Shown: one piece after another, positions 50,653 through 59,410 of the stretch
Position numbering within the stretch: the stretch's first letter is position 1
Layout: every line of letters starts with the position of its first letter
DNA from: Chamaesiphon sp.
GTDB lineage: Bacteria; Cyanobacteriota; Cyanobacteriia; Cyanobacteriales; Chamaesiphonaceae
DNA: 64,000 nt
Reading direction: 5' to 3'
NCBI GenBank assembly: GCA_965246715.1
Contig: CBDFFH010000047.1
Coordinates: 128,001-192,000, forward strand
Program-made: the position numbers and the translations under genes
The notes under the pieces: model-generated
Database searches by the model: none
The model's input: only the letters and a program-made list of their open reading frames with translations
Told to the model about the DNA's origin: nothing

Positions 50653-53163
50653 GTGCGAATTCCGCTTGATTATTATCAAATTTTGGCGATAACCGAGAGC
50701 AATCTGTCGGAGCTAGAGCAGGCGTATCGAGATCGCCTACTGCAATTGCCGAGACAAGGATACTCAGATGCCGCGATCGAATCTCGCAAACAACTCATTA
50801 CCGTTGCCTATGGGGTGTTGAGCGATCCGCACCAACGCCAACTGTATGCAGCAAACCCAACATCCTCAGTGATAATGGCAGCTAACGCTGGCTCGACGCA
50901 TGAAAGTACTGCACCAGCAACCTTCGATCGCCGTCCCGAGCTAGAAATTGCGCCAGAACACTTTTTGGGTGGGCTGTTAATCCTGTTCGAGCGGGGTGAA
51001 TACGAAGAAATTAACAGCATTTGCATGCCATATTTGGGCAACAACGGGCGCAATAGCAATAGCGGGAGCCTCCATCCGCATGTGCCCATACAGTTGACTC
51101 CTAGTGGCAATCTTCGCACGTCAGAACCGATGGTTCATGTCGAGTCAGCCGCCATCAATAAGTTTAAACGCACCCCAGCAGGCGATCGGGTGATTCCGCT
51201 CAAGCCAGATATCGTGCTGACGATGATCTTTTCATTTTTGGAACTGGGAGATCGGGAATGGCGAGATTCTTGTTTTGAAGCAGCAACGATCCACTTTGAA
51301 ACCGCCCAAAAGATTTTGGTTCAGGAAGATTTATTTCCGCAGATTCAAGGACAAATCGATCGGCGGCTCGATCGCTTACGGCCTTACCGCGTCTCCTCTT
51401 TAGTTGCACTACCGCTCGAACAATACGAGCGACGACGGCAGGGAATTCAGTTTTTAGAAGAACTATTGGAATGCGCCTGTACGAACGAAGTACTATGCCA
51501 AGAGCGATTTGGACTCAATAGCGATCGGACGATCCAATTCATTCACGAAACGCTGCCGCAGCTAACGGCTGCCGAACAACGCAATCTCTTCAGTCAGGTC
51601 GCGAGAGATTCCTACCAGTTGGGTACCAGTGCCTTGAATGTTATGCAATTGGCCTGTACCTATCTCCACGTTCACGCACTGGTCGCGCAAGGTTTTGCCT
51701 ATCGCAATCCGCAATCGATCTACACCGCCCAACAAATTCTACAATATCGACTCAGCCAAAGACTAGATGTCACGATCGAGCAAGCGATCTGCGCCTTATT
51801 GCTCGGCCAAACTGAAGAAGCCCAATGCATCCTCGACGCTGCCGCAGAATCAGCCGCATTGTTAGTCATTCGCCAGCAATCTCAAGGACTCACCGATTTA
51901 CTCCGAGGATTGTGCTGGTACATCGAATCTTGGTTAAAAGAAGAAGTGTTTCCCTGTTTCCGCGATACGATCGAGAGCGACCCATCGATCGATGCTTACT
52001 TTGAAGATCGAGACGTTCAAGATTTTGCCGAACGCGTGCCTGCCGCCGATAGTAATATTTCTGGCTGGGCGACATCCGGGCCTAAATTGATCGATGTGCC
52101 AGCATCTGGCGATCTCTCTGGCTATGCTAACGAAGTAGCAGCGCCACAATTGAATCCTAGATCGATGACACCAGCCAATAGTCGCTCTGGCAGCCTCAAT
52201 ACAGCTTGGCAATCGTCGCAAGATCGGCTGGGTAGCGGTCGAGTCGCTCCAGCAATGCGGGTCGAACAGCCACTCACAGCACCAGTCCCCGCACCCATCC
52301 CGACTGCAAGTGAGGTTGAGAGTATCGCCGATGGCAACAAGTTAATTCATTTAGAACACGAACGCCAACGCCGTCGCCCCTCAATGCCGACAGCCAGGAC
52401 GATCGATGGTCAGTTTGAGGCAGGAGCGATTGAGGACGATCGCTATCAAGCCCCGATTGTACCCGCAGCTACCAGTCAATTAGTGCCCACACCGAAAGCA
52501 CGACCGACGGGAAAGATGGTGCGCTCGAGGAGATTGCGGCGAAAGCCTAACATTCCTCGGATTTTGCTCGTCGGTACGGGTGGGATTGCTTGCTTGTGGG
52601 GAGTCGTCTGGTTGGTAAACGCCATGTTACGTGGATTGGCAGATCCGTCACCGATTCCGAGTACGATTACAACTTATGCTTCCAGTCCGGTGCTGCCGAC
52701 TCCAGCGCTAGAAGCAAGCCGTCCAGACCCACAACCATTGCCCAAGACTCCAAGTGGAGCCTTGAGTGCCGATCTTGCCAAACAAACCGTGTCCAAGTGG
52801 TTGAGCGCCAAAGCCAGCTCTTTAAGCCAAAGCTATCAAACCGATCGCTTAAAAGACATTCTGGTCGAACCCGCGCTATCTACCGCACTCGATCGTGCCC
52901 AAACAGCCAAGGCAGATGGAGTTTACTGGCAATATACGCATCCGAAAGTAGTCATCGAGCCGCTGCCACAGATCGACCCCGCCGCAAAAACTGCCACGAT
53001 CGAGGCTAAAGTCACCGAAGATGCCAAATATTTTGAGAACTCACGCTTGAATCCCAGTCGTTCGTATGCCAAGACATTACTAGTTGAGTACAATCTCGTC
53101 CGTCAAGACGATCGCTGGTACGTCAAGGACATGGCTGTGATTAAAACCCTCGCTGGTGGCTAG
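50653..53163 (+). CDS. ftn2: Cell division protein Ftn2/ZipN (ARC6 homologue)
   Basis: MRIPLDYYQIL, QAYRDRLLQLPR J-like domain; TM; C-terminal IMS/DUF4101 domain. Confidence 0.88.
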   Translation: MRIPLDYYQILAITESNLSELEQAYRDRLLQLPRQGYSDAAIESRKQLITVAYGVLSDPHQRQLYAANPTSSVIMAANAGSTHESTAPATFDRRPELEIAPEHFLGGLLILFERGEYEEINSICMPYLGNNGRNSNSGSLHPHVPIQLTPSGNLRTSEPMVHVESAAINKFKRTPAGDRVIPLKPDIVLTMIFSFLELGDREWRDSCFEAATIHFETAQKILVQEDLFPQIQGQIDRRLDRLRPYRVSSLVALPLEQYERRRQGIQFLEELLECACTNEVLCQERFGLNSDRTIQFIHETLPQLTAAEQRNLFSQVARDSYQLGTSALNVMQLACTYLHVHALVAQGFAYRNPQSIYTAQQILQYRLSQRLDVTIEQAICALLLGQTEEAQCILDAAAESAALLVIRQQSQGLTDLLRGLCWYIESWLKEEVFPCFRDTIESDPSIDAYFEDRDVQDFAERVPAADSNISGWATSGPKLIDVPASGDLSGYANEVAAPQLNPRSMTPANSRSGSLNTAWQSSQDRLGSGRVAPAMRVEQPLTAPVPAPIPTASEVESIADGNKLIHLEHERQRRRPSMPTARTIDGQFEAGAIEDDRYQAPIVPAATSQLVPTPKARPTGKMVRSRRLRRKPNIPRILLVGTGGIACLWGVVWLVNAMLRGLADPSPIPSTITTYASSPVLPTPALEASRPDPQPLPKTPSGALSADLAKQTVSKWLSAKASSLSQSYQTDRLKDILVEPALSTALDRAQTAKADGVYWQYTHPKVVIEPLPQIDPAAKTATIEAKVTEDAKYFENSRLNPSRSYAKTLLVEYNLVRQDDRWYVKDMAVIKTLAGG

Positions 53164-53314
53164 TTGGTAGCTGCACTAGCGCCTATGCTCTACTTGTTAT
53201 TTCTGAAGCGCGATGCTCCCCACGTATGAGTCCTACCGCCGAACTAATCCGTTGGCGGATGCGCTCGGACAGTTTGTCATAATTTAATGTAAATATTAAT
53301 TTACTCCGCCTAGA

Positions 53315-54268
53315 TTGTCATACATAGATTACACGATCGATCCACTCGTCCGAGCTTACACTCCATTAATTTGTTGGACGGGCTTAGGCATCCTATCTGT
53401 TAAATTTCTGCCCTCCTCTTTTGCATATTGGTTGGGGCGGAGTCTCTATTGGGTGGGAGTACCGATCGAGATTTTCTCGCTAGCACGGCAAACGACCTTC
53501 GACGAACGCGCTCGCCTAGCGCCGACGATTACGATCGCGTCGTTGTTCTTAGGTTTAGCATTAGGTTGGTTGAGTCTTCAGATCTGTCAGCGGCTCCAAC
53601 CTGACTCACCACCCCCATCACCCAAAGTCAAAGGGAGCTTGATGCTCAGTTCGATGCTGGGCAATACCGGATTTGTGGGACTGGCGATCGTACCATTTTT
53701 TGTTTCGGCAACGGATTTGAGTTGGGCAGTGCTGTATAGCGTTACCCAAAATGTGTTTGGTACGTATGGATTGGGAGTACTAGTCTCTAGTTACTATGGT
53801 CGTCAAGGTACTGCGACTAATAATTGGTGGATGCAGTTCAAAGATTTGCTGTCTGTGCCCTCGCTGTGGGGATTTGCGCTAGGTTCGCTGACACGGAGTG
53901 TAAAAATCCCTGAAGTAGTAGAATCAGGTCTTCACGCCTCGATTTGGGTAGTTATTCCCGGTGCATTTATTTTGATGGGCATCCGGCTGAGCCAGATTCA
54001 GGGCTGGCAAAGTCTCAAACTCGCGCTGATTCCAGCCATTCTCAAAACGATCGTCATGCCTACTATTGTCGGGATTGCCATCTCGATGCTGGGGATAACT
54101 GGCGATCCACGGTTGGGGTTGGTATTAATGTCGGCGATGCCTTGTGCTTTTGCTGGATTGATTCTCTCAGAAGAATATAATCTCGATCGCAATCTCGTCG
54201 CTAGTAGTATTATCGTTAGTACGTTAATTTTTCTAGTAATGATTCCCGTTTGGCTGTATTTTTATTAG
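53315..54268 (+). CDS. AEC family transporter
   Basis: GNTGFVGL, AMPCAF; about 10 TMs. Confidence 0.88.
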   Translation: MSYIDYTIDPLVRAYTPLICWTGLGILSVKFLPSSFAYWLGRSLYWVGVPIEIFSLARQTTFDERARLAPTITIASLFLGLALGWLSLQICQRLQPDSPPPSPKVKGSLMLSSMLGNTGFVGLAIVPFFVSATDLSWAVLYSVTQNVFGTYGLGVLVSSYYGRQGTATNNWWMQFKDLLSVPSLWGFALGSLTRSVKIPEVVESGLHASIWVVIPGAFILMGIRLSQIQGWQSLKLALIPAILKTIVMPTIVGIAISMLGITGDPRLGLVLMSAMPCAFAGLILSEEYNLDRNLVASSIIVSTLIFLVMIPVWLYFY

Positions 54269-54413
54269 GCAGCGTTAACCGAGCTAAGAAAATACCAGAG
54301 GGGACTCTTTTTAAAAACCAAATTAACTGAAGATCGCACTGCTTATTTGAGTCAATTTTCGATCTACCTCTGCAAGGAAATAATCATGATGTCGGCCCGG
54401 TAGAGTGATTAAA

Positions 54414-54503
54414 GGCGTTGCTGAATTCAGGTATGAAATGCACAAACAATTTTTGTAGGGGTATTACTCCTACAAGAAAATTCTACCCCGATTCAACAAT
54501 GCC
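54414..54503. mobile_element. 90-bp MITE family C with GG..CC ends and REP-like hairpin cargo
   Basis: TIRs ggcgttgctgaat / attcaacaatgcc; 8-bp TSD TGATTAAA at 54406-54413 and 54504-54511. Confidence 0.85.
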
Positions 54504-54535
54504 TGATTAAAGTCGATCGCTCCGAACAGCTGCGA

Positions 54536-55249
54536 TTACAAGCCACCAAACCATTCATACCCAAGATCTTCCCAATATCCGCGTTTGGGTAATAATTGAC
54601 TGGTTACTACTATCTCCGTCACCCATTTGCTCTGTTTATAGCCTAACTTAATCGGCGCAGCCAATCGCAACGGCGCACCATTTTCTGGCGGCAAAGGTCG
54701 GCCATTCATTTGATAAGCTAATAGAGTTTGTGGATGTAAAGCCGAAGCTAAATCCCAACTTTCATAATAACCATCGGCAGATTTAAAATAGACATATTTA
54801 GCACTCGGGTTGAGTTGTGCCAAAGTCAATAAATCCCGCAAGCGAATACCACCCCACTGCACGATTGCCGCCCATCCTTCCACGCAAACATGCCGGATCA
54901 CCATTGATGCAAATGGGAGCGATTGCAGATCGGCAACACTCAAACTTAAGTTTTTAGTAACTTCCCCAGTAAGTTGTAATCGAAAATTTGCTAGATCGAT
55001 CGCGGGTGTCCCTTTAAAACTATTTACAATCAATCGATCGGGTTCGATTGCACTTAGCGGAAATTCTGGCGTTGGCTGTTGTGATAATAATAATGCCTCA
55101 ACCCCTTCATTAACGGGCATGGAAAGCCGCCCGATCGGGTCATAAAGCAGCGTTCCCGCAACATTGACTAGTAAACCAGCCCCTAGCCATTGCAAGAGCT
55201 GACGGCGCGAAATTTGCCCCGATGCTGGTAATTCTTCGTTCGTACTCAT
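54536..55249 (-). CDS. Molybdopterin-dependent oxidoreductase (sulfite oxidase/MsrP-like), Tat signal
   Basis: SRRQLL, HVCVEGW, NGAPLRL, LGYKQSKW, GYWE. Confidence 0.9.
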   Translation of the reverse strand: MSTNEELPASGQISRRQLLQWLGAGLLVNVAGTLLYDPIGRLSMPVNEGVEALLLSQQPTPEFPLSAIEPDRLIVNSFKGTPAIDLANFRLQLTGEVTKNLSLSVADLQSLPFASMVIRHVCVEGWAAIVQWGGIRLRDLLTLAQLNPSAKYVYFKSADGYYESWDLASALHPQTLLAYQMNGRPLPPENGAPLRLAAPIKLGYKQSKWVTEIVVTSQLLPKRGYWEDLGYEWFGGL

Positions 55250-55285
55250 CTCGGCACTCCAATCTCAAATTCAGATCGATACACT

Positions 55286-55909
55286 TTAGATCTCTGCACT
55301 ATTTTCGATCGCTAGAAATGCAGTAGCGATTTTACTTTCGCCGATCCCTAACGCCAGCGTGGAGTGCAGCAGCGTAAATAACACCACGAGCGGAACGGTC
55401 ATAAAATGCGCGGTGCGTAATGCTTGCCAATCGCCGAATAAAGACGACAACCAATAAAATTGCACTGGCTGATACATGGCTAAGCCGCTAGCGATCGCCA
55501 GTAGTAGAATCGGGATGATACTGGTATAAACGATCCGATGCCAAGCATAGCGTCTGCGCTTGGTATTTTGGCTGGCTTGTAGGGCTTTAAGATCTTTCCC
55601 CGTCACAAATCGATCGCGCCATCGTTGCGTTGCCAAAATATAAATTCCATATGCTAGGAGATTTAAGCCATAAATCCACATGAATGCAAAATGCCAATTG
55701 CGTCCCCCAGCCAACCACCCCCCGAGCGTAAACAGCCACGGGATCTGTAGACCTTCGCGTCCGCCAAATACCGGATTGGCATTATAAATTTGCAAGCCAC
55801 TGGTCATCATGCCAAACAGACTGAGGATATTCAGCCAATGAATCAACCGCACGACAATCGGCTGTCCTGCGGTTTTTTTGCCAGTTGTCGATCGCAGTTC
55901 AATAGACAT
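55286..55909 (-). CDS. Cytochrome b/b6-domain membrane subunit
   Basis: RLIHW, SGLQIYNANP, RNWHF, RTAHF; likely start 55909. Confidence 0.85.
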   Translation of the reverse strand: MSIELRSTTGKKTAGQPIVVRLIHWLNILSLFGMMTSGLQIYNANPVFGGREGLQIPWLFTLGGWLAGGRNWHFAFMWIYGLNLLAYGIYILATQRWRDRFVTGKDLKALQASQNTKRRRYAWHRIVYTSIIPILLLAIASGLAMYQPVQFYWLSSLFGDWQALRTAHFMTVPLVVLFTLLHSTLALGIGESKIATAFLAIENSAEI

Positions 55910-55952
55910 CTTGCAGTTGCTGAAGAGAATGGTTGATAAAAATCTGTAATTT

Positions 55953-56300
55953 TTAGATGAACTGCTTGGCAATCGCCTCAGTTTTTGCTGCCATAATCAG
56001 ATCGTTCTGATGCAAGCCACCGATCGTATGCGTCCACCAGGTGACAGTAACCTTGCCCCATTCAGTGAGGATCGCGGGATGATGTTGTTCGGCTTCGGCT
56101 AAGTCGCCAACCGCATTGGTAAAGGAGATCGCGGTTTTAAAATCTTTGAATTTGAATAAGCGTTCGAGCCGTTGTTCGCCATTGACTTCGTACGGGCACC
56201 AGTCTGGAATTTGCGGTTGGAAAGCAGCGAGTTCGGCTGGCGTAATGGCGATTTCGCCACCATGACAAGGAATGCATGTCTGGGCTACTAGATCTGTCAT
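55953..56300 (-). CDS. Pterin-4-alpha-carbinolamine dehydratase
   Basis: CIPC, FKFKDF, EQHHP, WWTH, NDLIMAAK. Confidence 0.92.
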   Translation of the reverse strand: MTDLVAQTCIPCHGGEIAITPAELAAFQPQIPDWCPYEVNGEQRLERLFKFKDFKTAISFTNAVGDLAEAEQHHPAILTEWGKVTVTWWTHTIGGLHQNDLIMAAKTEAIAKQFI

Positions 56301-56419
56301 CGTTAAAATCTCCACTTAAACTAGCAATATTCCCACTATTAGCAGGGTAAGTCGATCGATCTGGCAAAACTCTCGATCGTGCTCAAATATTCGATGTGAC
56401 TACCCTAGATAACCTTAGT

Positions 56420-57328
56420 TTAAATCTTTCCTGTAGCTGTAGGTGGAGCCGTTGGTGTTGCTTTTGCGGTGGGAGCCTCTGCGGGGATCGAGGCTAATTC
56501 GAGCAGTTCGGGAATCGTTGCAAACGTATAACCTTGAGCGCGAAGTTGAGCGATCATTTCTGGTAAAGCTTTGGCGGTATTGTCATGGTTGCCACCACCA
56601 TCATGCATCAAGACGATGCCCCCAGGAGTTGCTTGGGAGACTACGGTCTTAATCATCGCGGCTGGTGAAGGACGATGGGGATGACTATCATTAGAATCTA
56701 CCGACCACATCACCACCGACTGTTTCTTGCTCTGAGCATAGGATACCAACCCATTAGTTAAGACACCACCAGGCGGTCTGAAATACGCAGTCTCCACATT
56801 CAGAACTTCTTTGATAATTTTGGCCGTGTCCTCAATTTCACGTTGAGCGACTAGTGGACTCATCTTATTATACCAGTGATGGAGGGTATGATTGGCGATC
56901 GCATGTCCGTCTGCAAGCACTTTTTTCCCGATTTCTGGATAAGATTTCAAAGGTTGTCCGATCGTAAAGAAAGTAGCTTTGATTTTTTCTTTCTTTAGCG
57001 TTGCTAAAATCTTTTCAGTGGTTTCAGGCCACGGGCCATCATCAAATGTCAGCGCGATTACTTTTTCATTACTGGGTAAAGTTGCTTCTTTGATCGTCTT
57101 GGCTTGGAAATTTTTGGGCACATCAAAATTGAGCGGAATCGAACTCACGATGTCCTGGGCGACATCGACTGTCTGAGCCACACCCGTCTTGGCAACTAAG
57201 GCATCCGCAGTGACACTACCCAAAATAGTATGTAACATTACGAATATCGCACAGGATATAGCGGCGATCGCTATCCACAAGAATTTTCCTGGTAGTAAAT
57301 GTTGAATGCGATTTTGATGCTTGTCCAT
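56420..57328 (-). CDS. Polysaccharide deacetylase (NodB domain)
   Basis: ALTFDDGP, NHTLHH, FRPPGG, LMHD. Confidence 0.92.
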   Translation of the reverse strand: MDKHQNRIQHLLPGKFLWIAIAAISCAIFVMLHTILGSVTADALVAKTGVAQTVDVAQDIVSSIPLNFDVPKNFQAKTIKEATLPSNEKVIALTFDDGPWPETTEKILATLKKEKIKATFFTIGQPLKSYPEIGKKVLADGHAIANHTLHHWYNKMSPLVAQREIEDTAKIIKEVLNVETAYFRPPGGVLTNGLVSYAQSKKQSVVMWSVDSNDSHPHRPSPAAMIKTVVSQATPGGIVLMHDGGGNHDNTAKALPEMIAQLRAQGYTFATIPELLELASIPAEAPTAKATPTAPPTATGKI

Positions 57329-57627
57329 AGCCGATTTAGTGACTCCTCAATATCTGTACGTGATTTAATTTGGATCGATCTGACAGCACCAGCAATCCTA
57401 CTCTACTTTCTTCAACAGCGATCGCCTAAATTTCAGAGAGTAGTCGAACTTGTTGGAAGTAAATTCCGTAGTATAGATTGCTTTTTATACTTAAATTGCT
57501 TCTAAATTGTTAAATAGCTGATTTTATCGATCGAGGATTGTTAGCATAGTTGAATCAGCGCGAATCAGCCAGCTCGATCGGTCTTTAATCCTCATGCCCG
57601 CAAAATTAGAGAGTTAGATTAATCTAG

Positions 57628-58374
57628 ATGACTAACCTGCAAGTATCAAGCCAGCAAGTTTCCATCCACAGTGGAACGGAGCAGATCTCAGCCTATCTTG
57701 CCACACCAAGCGCTTCTGGTCAATTTCCTGGCATTATTGTCATCCAAGAAGTATTTGGAGTCAATGCTTACATTCGTGCCGTCACCGAACGGATTGCGCG
57801 GATGGGCTATGTTGCCATCGCTCCAGCGATATTCGATCGTCAGGCCCCAGGTCTCGATCTCGGCTATACGCCAACTGAGCTAGAATTAGGACGTAATTAT
57901 GCCGGGAAAACTACTGCCGCAGACTTACTCTCAGACATACGCGGTTCGATCGAATACCTCCGGAGTTTACCGCAAGTCAAGCCAGATTTTGGCTGTATCG
58001 GTTTCTGCTTCGGCGGACACGTCGCATATCTCGCAGCGACATTGCCCGACATTCAGGTGACAGCATCTTTCTACGGTAGCAGAATTACAACCTTTACTCC
58101 TGGGGGTGGGGAGCCAACAGTGAGTAAAACAGGCTCGATCGCGGGTACGATGTATATGTTCTTTGGTCTGGACGATGCGAGTATCCCGCCCGAACAGGTG
58201 GCACAGATCGACACCGCACTGACCGAACATCACGTTCCCCATCACATCTGGCAATATCCAGATGCCGGACATGGTTTCGCCTGTGACTTGCGCGATAGCT
58301 ATAATCCCACGGCTACTGCTGATGCTTGGCAACACGTCAAAGAACTATTTCAGAAACTAGCTACTAGCAACTAG
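57628..58374 (+). CDS. Dienelactone hydrolase family protein
   Basis: QEVFGVN, GFCFGG, AGHGF. Confidence 0.93.
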   Translation: MTNLQVSSQQVSIHSGTEQISAYLATPSASGQFPGIIVIQEVFGVNAYIRAVTERIARMGYVAIAPAIFDRQAPGLDLGYTPTELELGRNYAGKTTAADLLSDIRGSIEYLRSLPQVKPDFGCIGFCFGGHVAYLAATLPDIQVTASFYGSRITTFTPGGGEPTVSKTGSIAGTMYMFFGLDDASIPPEQVAQIDTALTEHHVPHHIWQYPDAGHGFACDLRDSYNPTATADAWQHVKELFQKLATSN

Positions 58375-58414
58375 ACTAGCCACTTTTTACTATTCACTAT
58401 TCACGATCCACTAA

Positions 58415-59308
58415 ATGAGTACCACCAAAACATCCTCAGCCGAAATCTTCTCGATGGATGACTTTGCTAAAGCTTTAGATGCTGAAGCAGTTAGCTTTGA
58501 GGTCGGCAATCTAGTACGGGGGAAAATTCATAGTTATGATAGCGATGGAGTCTATGTAGACATTAACGGTAAATCCCTCGCGTTTGTTCCGGCGGCTGAA
58601 GTTGCCGCAGATGAATCGGCAGATCTTTCAGCATTATTACCAATTGGTGACGAACAAGAATTCTTAATCGTTCGCGAACAAAATGCGGATGGACAAGTTA
58701 CCCTATCCAAGCGGCAATTACAGGTAAAATATGCCTGGAATCAAGTTGGCGAAATCCAAAGTAATAAAGAATCGATCCAAGTCAAGGTAACTGGTGTTAA
58801 CAAAGGTGGTGTAACGGTTAGCTTCCAAGGTATTCGCGGCTTTATTCCGCGATCGCAATTAGTCGAACGCGACCATGCATCTTTAGTTGGCACGAGTATT
58901 TCCGCCGTAATTATCGAAGCCAATCAAGAAACTAACAAATTAGTTTTCTCACAACGTCAAGCATCGCGCAGTGCCAACTTCGCTCAACTCGAACAGGGTC
59001 AATTAATTACTGGGATGGTCGTCGGCCTAAAACCCTTTGGTGCCTTTGTCGAATTTGATGGCAATACTGGCTTGATTTATATCAAACAAATCAGTCAAAA
59101 TCGGGTTGAAGATTGTACGAAACTATTTACGATCGGGCAAGAGATCAAAGCGATGATTATCGAGCTAGACGAGCCAAATGGCAAAATTTCACTATCTACT
59201 CGAGTATTGGAAAATCATCCTGGTGAGATGCTCGAACATATGGCTGAAGTAATGGCAACAGCAGAAGAAAGAAGCGAAAAAGCTGCCAAGAAATTATTTG
59301 GTAATTAA
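58415..59308 (+). CDS. S1 RNA-binding protein (ribosomal S1-like, three S1 domains)
   Basis: FSMDDFAKALD, GFIPRS, KPFGAFV, ISLSTRVLE. Confidence 0.9.
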   Translation: MSTTKTSSAEIFSMDDFAKALDAEAVSFEVGNLVRGKIHSYDSDGVYVDINGKSLAFVPAAEVAADESADLSALLPIGDEQEFLIVREQNADGQVTLSKRQLQVKYAWNQVGEIQSNKESIQVKVTGVNKGGVTVSFQGIRGFIPRSQLVERDHASLVGTSISAVIIEANQETNKLVFSQRQASRSANFAQLEQGQLITGMVVGLKPFGAFVEFDGNTGLIYIKQISQNRVEDCTKLFTIGQEIKAMIIELDEPNGKISLSTRVLENHPGEMLEHMAEVMATAEERSEKAAKKLFGN

Positions 59309-59410
59309 GTCTTTTTAACCCGCTGCTCATATATCGACTCTGTTTACTACAGACTATGGTTGTCTAACAGCGGGTTTAACTTTGACTCGAACGTTCATAA
59401 ATATCGACAG

